DNA from: Eledone cirrhosa | Lineage: Eukaryota | Assembly: GCA_964016885.1 (NCBI GenBank) | Contig: OZ024743.1 | Location: 188,976,001-189,040,000, forward strand | DNA length: 64,000 nucleotides | Reading direction: 5' to 3' | Part shown: positions 1 through 12,071 of the stretch, piece after piece | How positions within the stretch are numbered: the first letter of the stretch is position 1 | Layout: the number at the start of each line of letters is the position of its first letter | The notes under the pieces: generated by a model | Told to the model about the DNA's origin: nothing | Databases searched by the model: none | What the model saw: the letters and a program-made list of their open reading frames with translations, nothing else | Made by a program: the position numbers and the translations under genes

Positions 1-100
1 GGAGAAAAAAAAAAAAAAAAAATAAATAAATAAAAAGAAAATAAATAAAATTTAAAAAAAAAAATTAATAAATAAATAAAAAAGAAAATAAAAAAAAGAA

Positions 101-137
<37 letters not shown>

Positions 138-3100
138 TATACATACACACACACATATACATTAATAATAATAATAATAACAACAATAATAATAACGACA
201 ACAACAATAATAATATACATATACATATATATATATACACATACACGCTCACACATAAACATATCTATACACACACACACCCCCACGATAGCAACTAACA
301 GCGCTGCGATCGAATGTGGCTGTTTAGCACAGCCAATGATCTAAAATGTCTTGCACAGAGTCGGCAACCAAAACATTCACTGGGAATAGTCGGCTGTGGT
401 TGGAGTTTGTGTACTTTTGCATGTCGCTTGAGCCCTCCTGCTGATTTACATTCTCTACCACATGTTTGGCAAGCATGATGAGTAGCATCTCCAACAGCAG
501 CCTGGTAGTCAACCACTGGTCTTACTTTATGACTGCGAAGATGACTTTCGAGTCCAGCTTTGCTTAGGCAGAGTCTCGCACAGACGCTGCATGTCAGCTC
601 CATAGGAGGACCCTCACCGTCTGGAAGTGCAACAGCAATGCCCTTCCTCACATCCCGCTTTACTTTCTCGTGTGCGATTCGAGATGCCTCAAAGGCAACT
701 TTTCCCTCATATACAGTCTTTCTCCATTTATTACGATCAGCAGCAATATTTTTCCATGTATCAGCAGATATGTTAGCGTCTTTCAGAGAGGCTTTCAAGG
801 AATCCTTATACCTCTTTTTTGGTTTATGTGGCGGTCGTTTTTCTTTAACCAACTCTCCATAAAAGAGTTATTTTGGTATTCTAGAATCCTTCATTCTGGC
901 AAGGTGACCACTCCAACGGAGTCGTTGCTTAAGCGCAAGAGCTTCTATACTGTCACACATAGAGCTTTCCTAAATCTCGACATCACTGATGTGGTCCCTC
1001 CAGTGAACGCCATGGATCCGTCTGAGACACATCTGATGGAAACGCTCCAATTGCTTAAGGTGATTTCGATATATGACCCAAGTCTCGCAGGCATAAAGAA
1101 GACAAGAGAGCATACATGCCCTGTACACCTTTACCTTTGTCCTCCTGCATATGTCTCGCCGACCCCAGAGTCGCCTTTCTAGCTTTCCGAAAGCATCACG
1201 GATGTAAACACCATGCTCGCAATTCCTGAATGCAATACAGAAAACCATTGCAAAGTATATGGCAAACAGGGTCGGTGCTGGAATATCCCCGTTTCACTCC
1301 ATTTTTTACTGAGATAGGCTCCGACATGTTACCTCCGACATTAACCCAAGCCTTCATGTCGCCATGGAAAGACCTAACTAAAGCAAGGAACTTATCAGGG
1401 CAAACATGTTTCTGGAGAACCTTCCATAATGCATCTCTGTTAACAGTATCGAAAGCTTTTGTCAGATTTACAAAAACCTGATACAGATCCAAGCCTTGTT
1501 CCATGCACTTCTCCTGGAGCTGTCTAGTTGAGAAGATCATATCAGTAGTGCCGCGTCCAGCACGAAAACCAGATTGACTTTCAGGAAGGACACAATCTGC
1601 AATGTGTGTCAGCAGACGGTCCAGAAGCACCCTACATAAAACTTTCCCTACGACAGAAAGCAATGATATACCTCTGTAGTTTCCACAATCATTCCTGTTA
1701 CGCTTTCCCTTGTACAAGACCACCATTACTGCATCTCTCCAGTCCTCAGGTACGGATTCATTAGACCATATCCTGCCAAACAAAGAGTGAAGATGTTTCA
1801 GGAGTCTCTCACTACCATATTGTAGGAGCTCAGCATGTATGCCATACATACCTGGAGATCGTCCACTGTTCAGCTTCGAAATAGCCACTGCAACCTCCAC
1901 AAGTGTCGGAGGTTCTGTGAGAGCTACTTTCACAGGATTTTCTGGAATGAGATTGAGGAAATCTTCACTGACGACAGACGGCTGATTCAAAAGATCATCA
2001 AAGTGCTCTCACCACCTTCGTAGAATTCCTTGTGAGTCACGAAGAAGTTCTTTGCCATCCTTGCTGCGAAGTGGTGTCACCAGAGAAGAAGACGGTCCAT
2101 AAACCTCACGCAAGAGACTGTACACAGCTTTGTGTTATTGAAATCTGACGCAGTTTGTATCTCACCAGCCTTCTCACTCCACCACTGATCCTTCATCTGA
2201 GAAAGACTCCGCCTAACACGTGATTTTACATCCTTGAGTTCCTCATGCAACGTATTCGTCTCCTGTGGTTTTGACGTCAAGTAACGTGACAGAGCACGCC
2301 TCTTATCAGCCAACAAGTCTTCTATATGTACATCATTCTCATTAAACCAGTCCTGATGTTTTCTCTGCACCAATCCCAGAACACACCTGCCTACATCATA
2401 AACCGACTTTTTAAGGGTCGGCCAATCCTCACCAAGATCTGCAGCCTGCATCTCTTCTTCCAATGCCCTCTTCACATTTTTATCCTTAAGACGAGCAGCA
2501 TTCAATCTTTTGGGCAGGGCAACACCAGGAGCCCGGATTTTACGTTTAGTGATTAGTTTCACTTTTGCGCGTACATGGCGGTGGTCCGTCCAGCACTCAG
2601 CTTCACGAAGAGCACGAACACACTGCACATCCTGTCTGTCACGCATCCTGACTAAGACGTAGTCCAAAAGATGCCATTCCTTAGATGCAGGATGCATCCA
2701 TGTGGTCTTGAATTTGTTCTTTTGTTGGAACATGGTGTTGGTAACACACAGATCCAGCTCCTCACACATCTGCAGCAGGAGCATACCATTGTTGTTACAC
2801 TTTCCCACCCCATGCCTTCCGATTACATTCCATGTGTTAAAATCTCTACCCACTCTAGCATTAAAGTCACCAAGCACGATGACTTTGTCTGCCTGAGGGA
2901 TATTTCTTAAAACACCTTTCAAGGCATGGTGAAAGGACACTTTTTCTTCATCGACGGAATTCATAGTTGGAGCATACACACTCACCAGGGTCGCATATCT
3001 TCCTCTGTCCAGCGGAATTCTCATGGACATAAGACGCTCACTAATCCCTACTGGGAATTCTTCTAATGTATTCACAAGTACAGTCTTAACAGCAAATCCT

Positions 3101-4047
3101 ACCCCAGCCTCTCTTCTGGTTCCTTCATCTCTTCCTTTCCAGAAGAATGTATATTCTCCACAAAATTCTGTAAGATGACCATCTCCAGCTAACCTCGTCT
3201 CAGATAAAGCCACGATGTCAAGATCGTAACGTCGAAGCTCCTTTGCAACAAGAGCGGTCCTTCGTTCAGGACGCTCCAAGGAATCCCTGTCAAGCAGCGT
3301 CCGTAGTTCCAGCAGCCAAGACTAAATGCCTTGTTTGGCTCTATTACAATGGCACGATGATGAGCGGGCCCAGGCTGTGATAACCTGGGGCCCCTACCCT
3401 TATTGCCAATTATCTTTTTTGCTCCAGAACCTAAATTGCCAATTATCTCTTTTATATTGTTCTGGAACATCATTGAATTAGAAAAAAAAAAAAAAAAGTA
3501 ATAATAATAGTAATAATAATAATAATAATAATAATTGTTTCTACTTTAGGCACAAGGCCAGCAATTATCCAGTGCATTACTGGAATAATAATAATAATAG
3601 TACACTATTAATAGTTATTAATGCACTCGTGCAATGCGTGTGCGTGACGAATATTTTTAAAGTGAGGAAAGACTGTGCACTGAGCCAATCCCACTCTCTG
3701 AGCGACAGTAGCTATAACCCGGAAAGAAGAAAAGATCAACGTCATCGGTAACTACTGAGCCGCAGGTTTTATGTCGGAGTTAACCCAGTTTCCTGAGATG
3801 CCTTCTCCTAGAAGAATGCCCTGACAAGGGCTAGGGGTTCTTCACTCCCAGTGGTTTAACTGCGCAATCGGGCATCCAGCCCGATTATTTCTATGTTCCC
3901 GCGCAAAAAAAAAAAAATCTCACTTATTGACACTTATACGTACGAAATACAAACACACGCATACATATGCACGCACACATACGCATACATACGCGCGCAC
4001 ACAGCAACACTCATACATACAAACAAACACACACACGCTACTCACTT

Positions 4048-4087
<40 letters not shown>

Positions 4088-4172
4088 TACCGTCATTACA
4101 AAGTACCAGTAATGCGCTGGGTAATTGCTGGCCTTGTGCCTAAAGTAGAAACAATTACTGATACAAGATTAT
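1..4172 (-). mobile_element. RTE-clade LINE, copy 1 (near full length, disrupted; 3' end runs off the window)
   Basis: APE endonuclease in ORF 2077..3279 (DIVALSETR, VLGDFNARVG, LLDYVL, WTDHR). RT in ORF 1196..1990 (GNYRGISLL, QSGFR, LTKAFDTV). C-terminal C2H2 fingers in ORF 295..852. The 5' leader 3480-4172 is shared with copy 2. Contains frameshifts and a ~363-bp deletion at ~1200. Confidence 0.93.
295..3473 (-). pseudogene. Disrupted APE-RT-ZnF ORF of RTE copy 1
   Basis: Split into ORFs 3189..3473, 2077..3279, 1196..1990, 970..1248 and 295..852. The segment carrying the YTDD motif of copy 2 is deleted. Confidence 0.9.
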
Positions 4173-4239
4173 GTCAACTGTTGACTTTCAGTTTGTATAG
4201 TTGAAGCCGTTCGTATTACAGTCCAGTGTTATTATAATT

Positions 4240-4395
4240 GCTTTACAGCATAGAGTTATGGCTCTCCATGCTCTGAGCACAAATCCCGCCGAGGTCAACC
4301 TTGCCTTTCATCCCCACGGAGTCAACAAAAGAGAGTACCAGTGATGCGCTGGACCAGTCGCTGGATCCGTGCCAAAAGCAGAAAAATTATTATTA
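4240..4395 (+). mobile_element. tRNA-derived SINE (family A), decayed
   Basis: GCCGAGGTCAACCTTGCCTTTCATCC...GTACCAGT body and AT-rich tail; same family as 44720-44912, 54324-54514 and 23520-23700. Confidence 0.7.
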
Positions 4396-4702
4396 AAGTT
4401 GTTTTCTTAAGGCTCGGTCGCTGGTGATGGTGATGGCGGCGGTGATGGCGGTGGTGGTGGCAGTTGATACTGTTGTTGTGTTCTGTGCGTGTGTTTTGTT
4501 ATTTTGAGTTTTTTGTTTGTTTGTGCGTTTTTTTCTTTTTTTTTTCTTTTTTATCTTTTGATGTCGCTGTTGTTGTTGTTGTAAATGTTCATTTCAATTC
4601 ATTCTGAAGCTGTTGTTGCTGTAAACATTAGTGCCGGTGTTGTTGTTGTAGATGTTGGGGTTGAAATCTGGTCGTTTGACTGAGTGATGTATATACACAC
4701 AT

Positions 4703-4746
<44 letters not shown>

Positions 4747-5137
4747 TCAACACAGAGTAGAGTGTTTGACAACAGGTCGATGACTTTAGTCTAGGTAGGG
4801 TAATGACATGTGATGGTGGGGAGAGAGTGTACAGGTTATTGTGGTGGTGTGGGACAGTGAGATGTATCTAGTTCATTTGTCCGTTTGCAAAATTTAAATT
4901 TTAGCCATGTTGTATTGAGATGTAAGTAAATGTAAAATGTAAAATATAAATAAGGATTGCTCTGGTAAAATATACTAAAATATTTGTGTAACTTCCACAA
5001 ACTTCTGTCGTGACATTCCCAAGTTCAGTGACCAAAAAATAGTTGTATTTTCGTGTTTCAGAATACAAAAATTAATTAAAAACTTACCCCAAGAAAAGAC
5101 AGCGTGTGTTGTCCTATCTATAGTCTCCCTCAACATC

Positions 5138-5169
<32 letters not shown>

Positions 5170-5355
5170 CATACGTATATGTATATATACATACATATAT
5201 ATACATAGATACATATATATACATACATATATATATATATACATACATATATATATATATACATACATACATATATATATACATACATACATATATATAT
5301 ATATACATACATACATACATATATACATACATATATATACATACATACATTTATA

Positions 5356-5387
<32 letters not shown>

Positions 5388-5401
5388 CATATATATACAT
5401 A

Positions 5402-5963
5402 CATGGTGGCTGCCAACTCGTTTTCGAGTACGGCCACTACTTTATATCCATGTAGGAGAACCCCTACCGATGTGCTGAACGAGTGTGACTTTTTAGTCCA
5501 GCCAGCGACTTGAAAACTCTGGTACAAACACTACACTTGTGACAATTACTGACACATAGTGCTGGGCCCATGGTACCATGTGACGACAAGTGCAGAGAGA
5601 TCTCCAGATATAAAGCAATGCCTGTGCCGTGAAGCTTTTATAGTGAGCAAAGGCACTGCACAAAGCCAGTCCCACTCTCTTAACCAAGATGATATTTACC
5701 AAAAAGAAGAACAAGTCAACATCATTGGATACCATCAGGGTTGCAGGTGTTATATCAGAGTTTTCCTTCTCCTAGAATTCTGCCTTGACAAAGGCTAAGG
5801 GGTCATCTCTCCCGGTGATTTTGGATGGCCATTGACTCTTAAGAGCTCCTTTGCCCTTTGACAGGTTTTGTTTTTAGTCCTGCAGGATGTCCAAAGTCAC
5901 CCTCCTCACCAAGAAACCTTGGTGGGGTTGCCAGTTTAGTCGCCAACGACCCGACCATGGGAC
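5402..5963 (-). mobile_element. Bipartite non-autonomous RTE derivative (5'UTR module fused to last ZnF and 3' end), longest copy
   Basis: The 5' part matches the RTE leader at 3660-3850 (CCTTCTCCTAGAA, CCCACTCTCT blocks). The 3' part translates [23 protein letters not shown] and ends in an ACTCG-AAAA-CGAGT stem-loop followed by GGCAGCCACCATG(TATG)n. Confidence 0.85.
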
Positions 5964-5983
5964 ATACATACATATATATATAC

Positions 5984-6017
<34 letters not shown>

Positions 6018-6134
6018 ATACATACATATATATATATATATACATACATACATATATATATACATACATACATATATATATATATACATACATACATACA
6101 TATATACATACATATATATACATACATACATATA

Positions 6135-6166
<32 letters not shown>

Positions 6167-6173
6167 CATATAT

Positions 6174-6206
<33 letters not shown>

Positions 6207-6304
6207 CATATATACATACATATATATATACATACATATATATATACATACATATATATATATATACATACATATATATATATACATACATATATATATA
6301 CATA

Positions 6305-6551
6305 CATGATGGCTGCCCCCTCGTTATCGAGTATGGCCATTGCACGAGAAGAAAAAAAAAAATGAAATAAAATAAAATAAAATAAAATAAAATAAAATAA
6401 AATAAAAAAATAATAATAATAATAATAATAAATAAATAAAAAAAAACAAAAAAAAATAAAAAAAGAAATATATATATATATATATATATACATACATACA
6501 TATATACATACACACATACATACAAATACACTCACACATATACACACACAT

Positions 6552-6608
<57 letters not shown>

Positions 6609-6687
6609 GCAATAATAATAATAACGACAACAACAATAATAATATACATATTCATATATATATACACACACACGCACGCACATAGGC

Positions 6688-6747
<60 letters not shown>

Positions 6748-9700
6748 GATAGCAACTAACAGTGCTGCGATCGAATGTGGCTTTTTAGCCCAGCCAATGA
6801 TCTAAAATGTCTTGCACAGAGTCGGCAACCAAAACATTCACTGGGAATAGTCGGCTGTGGTTGGAGTTCGTGTACTTTTGCATGTCGCTTGAGCCCTCCT
6901 GCTGATTTACATTCTCTACCACATGTTTGGCAAGCATGATGAGTAGCATCTCCAACAGCAGCCTGGTAGTCAACCACTGGTCTTACTTTATGACTGCGAA
7001 GATGACTTTCGAGTCCAGCTTTGCTTAGGCAGAGTCTCGCACAGACGCTGCATGTCAGCATCATAGGAGGACCCTCGCCGTCTGGAAGTGCAACAACAAT
7101 GCCCTTCCTCACATCCCGCTTTACTTTCTCGTGTGCGATTCGAGATGCCTCAAAGGCAACTTTTCCCTCATATACAGTCTTTCTCCATTTATTACGATCA
7201 GCAGCAATATTTTCCCATGTATCAACAGAGATGTTAGCGTCTTTCAGAGAGGCTTTCAAGGAATCCTTATACCTCCTTTTTGGTTTATGTGACGGTCGTT
7301 TTCCTTTAACCAACTCTCCATAGAAGAGTTGTTTTGGTATTCTAGAATCCTTCATCCTGGCAAGGTGACCACTCCAACGGAGTCGTTGCTTAAGCACAAG
7401 AGCTTCTATACCGTCACACATAGAGCTTTCCAAAATCTCGACATCACTGATGTGGTCCCTCCAGTGAACGCCATGGATCCGTCTGAGACACATCTGATGG
7501 AAACGCTCCAATTGCTTAAGGTGGCGTCGATATATGACCCAGGTCTCGCAGGCATAAAGAAGACAAGAGAGTACACATGCCCTGTACACCTTTACCTTTG
7601 TCCTCCTGCATATGTCTCGCCGACCCCAGAGTCGCCTTTCTAGCTTTCCGAAAGCATCACTTGCTTTCCTAATCCTAAGTGAGATTTCACTGTCAAGGTT
7701 GCCGTATCGATTGACAGTGCTTCCCAGGTAGACAAACTGATCAACCACTCCAAGTCGTTTGCCATACACATAGATGTTTGGTTCAGTGTTCTGCTTAATA
7801 GGGGCAGGTTGGTACATGACGACGGTTTTCTTGAGACTGACAGTCAAACCCAGGGCAGTGCAAGCGTCAGAAAATGCATTCAAAATGTGCTGCATATCAC
7901 TCTCTGTGTGCGCTACAAGATCGCAATCATCTGTATACAAGAGGTCTCTTATGACTGATGTAAATACTTTTGTCTTCGCAGCAAAGCGCCTGATGTTAAA
8001 TATGCTGCCTGAGGTTCGATATCGAATGTAAACACCATGCTCGCAATTCCTGAATGCAATACAGAAAACCATTGCAAAGTATATGGCAAACAGGGTCGGT
8101 GCTGGAATATCCCCCTGTTTCACTCGATTTTTTACTGAGATAGGCTCCGACATTAACCCAAGCCTTCATGTCGTCATGGAAAGACCTAAGTAAAGCAAGG
8201 AACTTGTCAGGGCAACCAAGTTTCTGGAGAACCTTCCATAATGCATCTCTGTTGACAGTATCGAAAGCTTTTGTCAGATCGACAAAAACCTGATACAGAT
8301 CCCAGCCTTGTTCAATGCACTTCTGGAGCTGTCTAGCTGAGAAGATCATATCAGTAGTGCCGCGTCCAGCACGAAAATCAGATTGACTTTCAGGAAGGAC
8401 ACAATCTGCAATGTGTGTCAGCAGACGGTCCAGAAGCACCCTACATAAAACTTTCCCTACGACAGAAAGCAATGATATACCTCTGTAGTTCCCACAATCA
8501 TTCCTGTTACGCTTTCCCTTGTACAAGACCACCATTACTGCATCTCTCCAGTCCTCAGGTACGGATTCATTAGCCCATATCCTTCCAAACAAAGAGTGAA
8601 GATGTTGCAGGAGTCTCTCACCACCATATTGTAGGGGCTCAGCATGTATGCCATCCATACCTGGAGATCTTCCACTGTTCAGCTTCGAAATAGCCACTGC
8701 AACCTCCACAAGCGTCAGTTCTGCGAGAGCTACTTTCACAGGACTTTCCGGAATGAGATTGAGGAAATCTTCACTGACGACAGACGGCTGATTCAAAAGA
8801 TCATCAAAGTGCTCTCGCCACCTTCGTAGAATTCCCTGTGAGTCACGAAGAAGTTCTTTGCCATCCTTGCTGCGAATCGGTGTCACCAGAGAAGAAGACG
8901 GTCCATAAACCTCACGCAAGAGACTGTACAACAGCTTTGTGTTATTGCAATCAGACGCAGTTTGTATCTCACCAGCCTTCTCACTCCACCACTGATCCTT
9001 CATCTGAGAAAGACTCCGCCTAACACGTGATTTTACATCCCTGACCTCCTCATGCAACGTATTCCTCTCCTGTGGTTTTGCCGTCAAGTAGCGTGACAGA
9101 GCACGCCTCCTATCAGCCAACATGTCTTCTATATGTACATCATTCTCATTAAACCAGTCCTGATGTTTTCTCTGCACCAATCCCAGAACACGTCTGCCTA
9201 CATCATAAACCGACTTTTTAAGGGTCGGCCAATCCTCACCAAGATCTGCAGCCTGCATCTCTTCTTCCAATGTCCTCTTCACATTTTTATCCTTAAGACG
9301 AGCAGCATTCAATCTTTTGGGCAGGGTAACACCAGGAGCCCGGATTTTACGTTTAGTGATTAGTTTCACTTTTGCGCGTACAAGGCGGTGGTCCGTCCAG
9401 AACTCAGCTCCACGAAGAACACGAACACACTGCACATCCTGTCTGTCACGCATCCTGACAAGGAGGTAGTCCAAAAGATGCCATCCCTTAGATGCAGGAT
9501 GCATCCATGTGGTCTTGAATTTGTTCTTTTGTTGGAACATGGTGTTGGTAACACACAGATCCAGCTCCTCACACATCTGCAGCAGGAGCATACCATTGTT
9601 GATACACTTTCCCACCCCATGCCTTCCGATTACATTCCATGTGTTAAAATCCCTACCCACTCTAGCATTAAAGTCACCAAGCACGATGACTTTGTCTGGC

Positions 9701-10813
9701 TGAGGGATATTTCTCAGAACACATTTCAAGGCATTTTAAAAGGACAGTTTTTCTTCATCGACAGAATTCATAGTTGGAGCATACACACTCACCAGGGTAG
9801 CATATCTTCCCTTGTCCAGCGGAACTCTCATGGTCATAAGACGCTCACTAATCCCTACTGGGAATTCTTCTAATTTATTCACAAGTACAGTCTTAACAGC
9901 AAATCCTACCCCAGCCTCTCTTCTGGTTCCTTCATCTCTTCCTTTCCAGAAGAATGTATATTCTCCACAAAATTCCGTAAGATGACCATCTCCAGCTAAC
10001 CTCGTCTCAGATAAAGCCACGGTGTCAAGATCGTAACGTCGAAGCTCCTTTGCAACAAGAGCGGTCCTTCGTTCAGGACGCTCCAAAGAATCCGTCAAGC
10101 AGCGTCCGTACTTTCCAGCAGCCAAGACTAAATGCCTTGTTTGGCTCTATTACAATGGCACGATAACGGGCGGGCCCAGGTTGTGATAACTTGGGGCCCC
10201 TGCCCTTATTGCCAATGATCTTTTTTGTTCCAGAACCTAAATTGGCAATTATCTCGTTTACATTGTTCTGGAACACCATTGAATTGGAAAAAAAAAAAAA
10301 AAAAAAAAGTAATAATAATAGTAATAATAATAATAATAATAATAGTACACTATTAATAATTATTAATGCACTCGTGCATTGCCTGTGCGTGACGAATATT
10401 TTTAAAGTGAGGAAAGACTGTGCACTGAGCCAATCCCACTCTCTGAGCGACAGTAGCTATAACCCGAAAAGAAGAAAACATCAACATCATCGGTAAGTAC
10501 TGAGCCGCAGGTTTTATATCGGAGTTAACCCAGTTTTATGAGATGCCTTCTCCTAGAAGAATGCCCTGACAATGGCTAGGGGTTATTCACTCCCAGTGGT
10601 TTAACTGCGCGATCGGGCATCCAGCCCGATTATTTCTGTCCCCGCGCGAAAAAAAAAAAAAAAAAAAAATCACTTATTGACACTTATACGTATGACATAC
10701 ACACACACGCATACATATGCGCGCACACAGCAACACTCAAACATACAACAAACACACACACGCTACTCTACTCACTTACACACACATATATTACCGTCAT
10801 TACTGATACAAGA
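6305..10813 (-). mobile_element. RTE-clade LINE, copy 2 (near full length)
   Basis: ORFs 9736..10125, 7996..9729 and 6756..8153 give APE, RT (DLTKAFDTV, VKQGD, LLYTDD, YLGS) and 3 C2H2 fingers. 3' terminal stem-loop CTCG-ATAA-CGAG at ~6320-6332. 5' leader to ~10813. Confidence 0.95.
6756..10279 (-). pseudogene. Frameshifted APE-RT-ZnF ORF of RTE copy 2
   Basis: Several frame breaks (~10100, ~9735, ~8150); the catalytic motif reads YTDD. Confidence 0.9.
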
Positions 10814-10994
10814 TATACATACATATATATATATATACATACATATATATATACATACATATATACATACATATATATATACATACATATATATATACAT
10901 ACATATATATATACATATATATATACATACATATATATATACATACATATATATATATACATACATATATATATACATACATATATATATATAC

Positions 10995-11571
10995 AGTATT
11001 TTCCGTAGTGTTGTAATATAAATATTACACATAGCAGATTTACAGCTCACGTAGAGTTTGCTCGACGGTTCCAGTTGTAGTTCCAAAAGTAATCCTGAGA
11101 AAAATAGAAGGATTTTAATGGATACAGTTTAGTTAAAAGGAATTTATTGACACGTGTTTCGATAACAGTTACATAACATGAAAACAGCTGCTATCTACAA
11201 AGTATTAGTCATACAGACATTCAATATTTCAATGTTATTATCAACTGTCATTTCATCGGAATAATTTTACTGTGGACCTCTTTGGTTTTTATAGAGAATA
11301 TTAGGAGGGAGGGGTGAAGTTGTTAGAAGAATAGTTGAGGGAGTGGTTTTTAGATAGCAGTGAGAATTTTTGGTGGCAGTGAGTAATTAGATTCCCATCT
11401 GTTGTTTTGACATTTTTATAGAATATATACAGTTGATAATAACATTGAAATATACAATGTCTGCATAACTAATACTTTGTAGATAGCAGATGTTTTTAGG
11501 TTATGCAACTGTTATAGAAACACGTGTCAATAAATTCCTTTTAACTAAACTGTATCCATTAAAATCCTTCT
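10995..11571 (-). mobile_element. Non-coding PLE-type terminal repeat fragment with HHR, plus an inverted partial copy
   Basis: 11106-11248 is repeated in inverted orientation at 11429-11571. HHR motif and AATAAA on the minus strand. Flanked on both sides by (TA/TACA)n. Confidence 0.65.
11144..11264 (-). ncRNA. Type I hammerhead ribozyme motif with long stem II (core variant CCGAUGA)
   Basis: Minus strand: ttatt CCGATGA a-atgacagtt...aactgttat-c GAAA cacgtg TC aataa. 5-bp stem I, palindromic stem III, GUC triplet. Confidence 0.65.
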
Positions 11572-11610
11572 ACATATATATATATACATACATACATATA
11601 TATATATATG

Positions 11611-11646
<36 letters not shown>

Positions 11647-11986
11647 CGTATATATATATATATATACATACATATATATATATATATACATACGTATATA
11701 TATATATACATACGTATATATATATATATATACATACGTATATATATATATACATACGTATATATATATATACATACGTATATATATATATACATACGTA
11801 TATATATATACATACGTATATATATATACATATATATACATACGTATATATATATACATACGTATATATATACATACGTATATATATACATAAGTATATA
11901 TATACATATATATATATATACATACGTATATGTATATATACATACGTATATGTATATATACATACGTATATGTATATATACATACG

Positions 11987-12040
<54 letters not shown>

Positions 12041-12071
12041 CATATATATATGTATATATACATATATATAT

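Noticed and set aside
5820-5963. HDV-like ribozyme at the 5' end of the RTE or bipartite element
   Set aside because: Known for some RTEs, but I could not assemble the nested double pseudoknot by eye; it needs an RNArobo/Infernal search.
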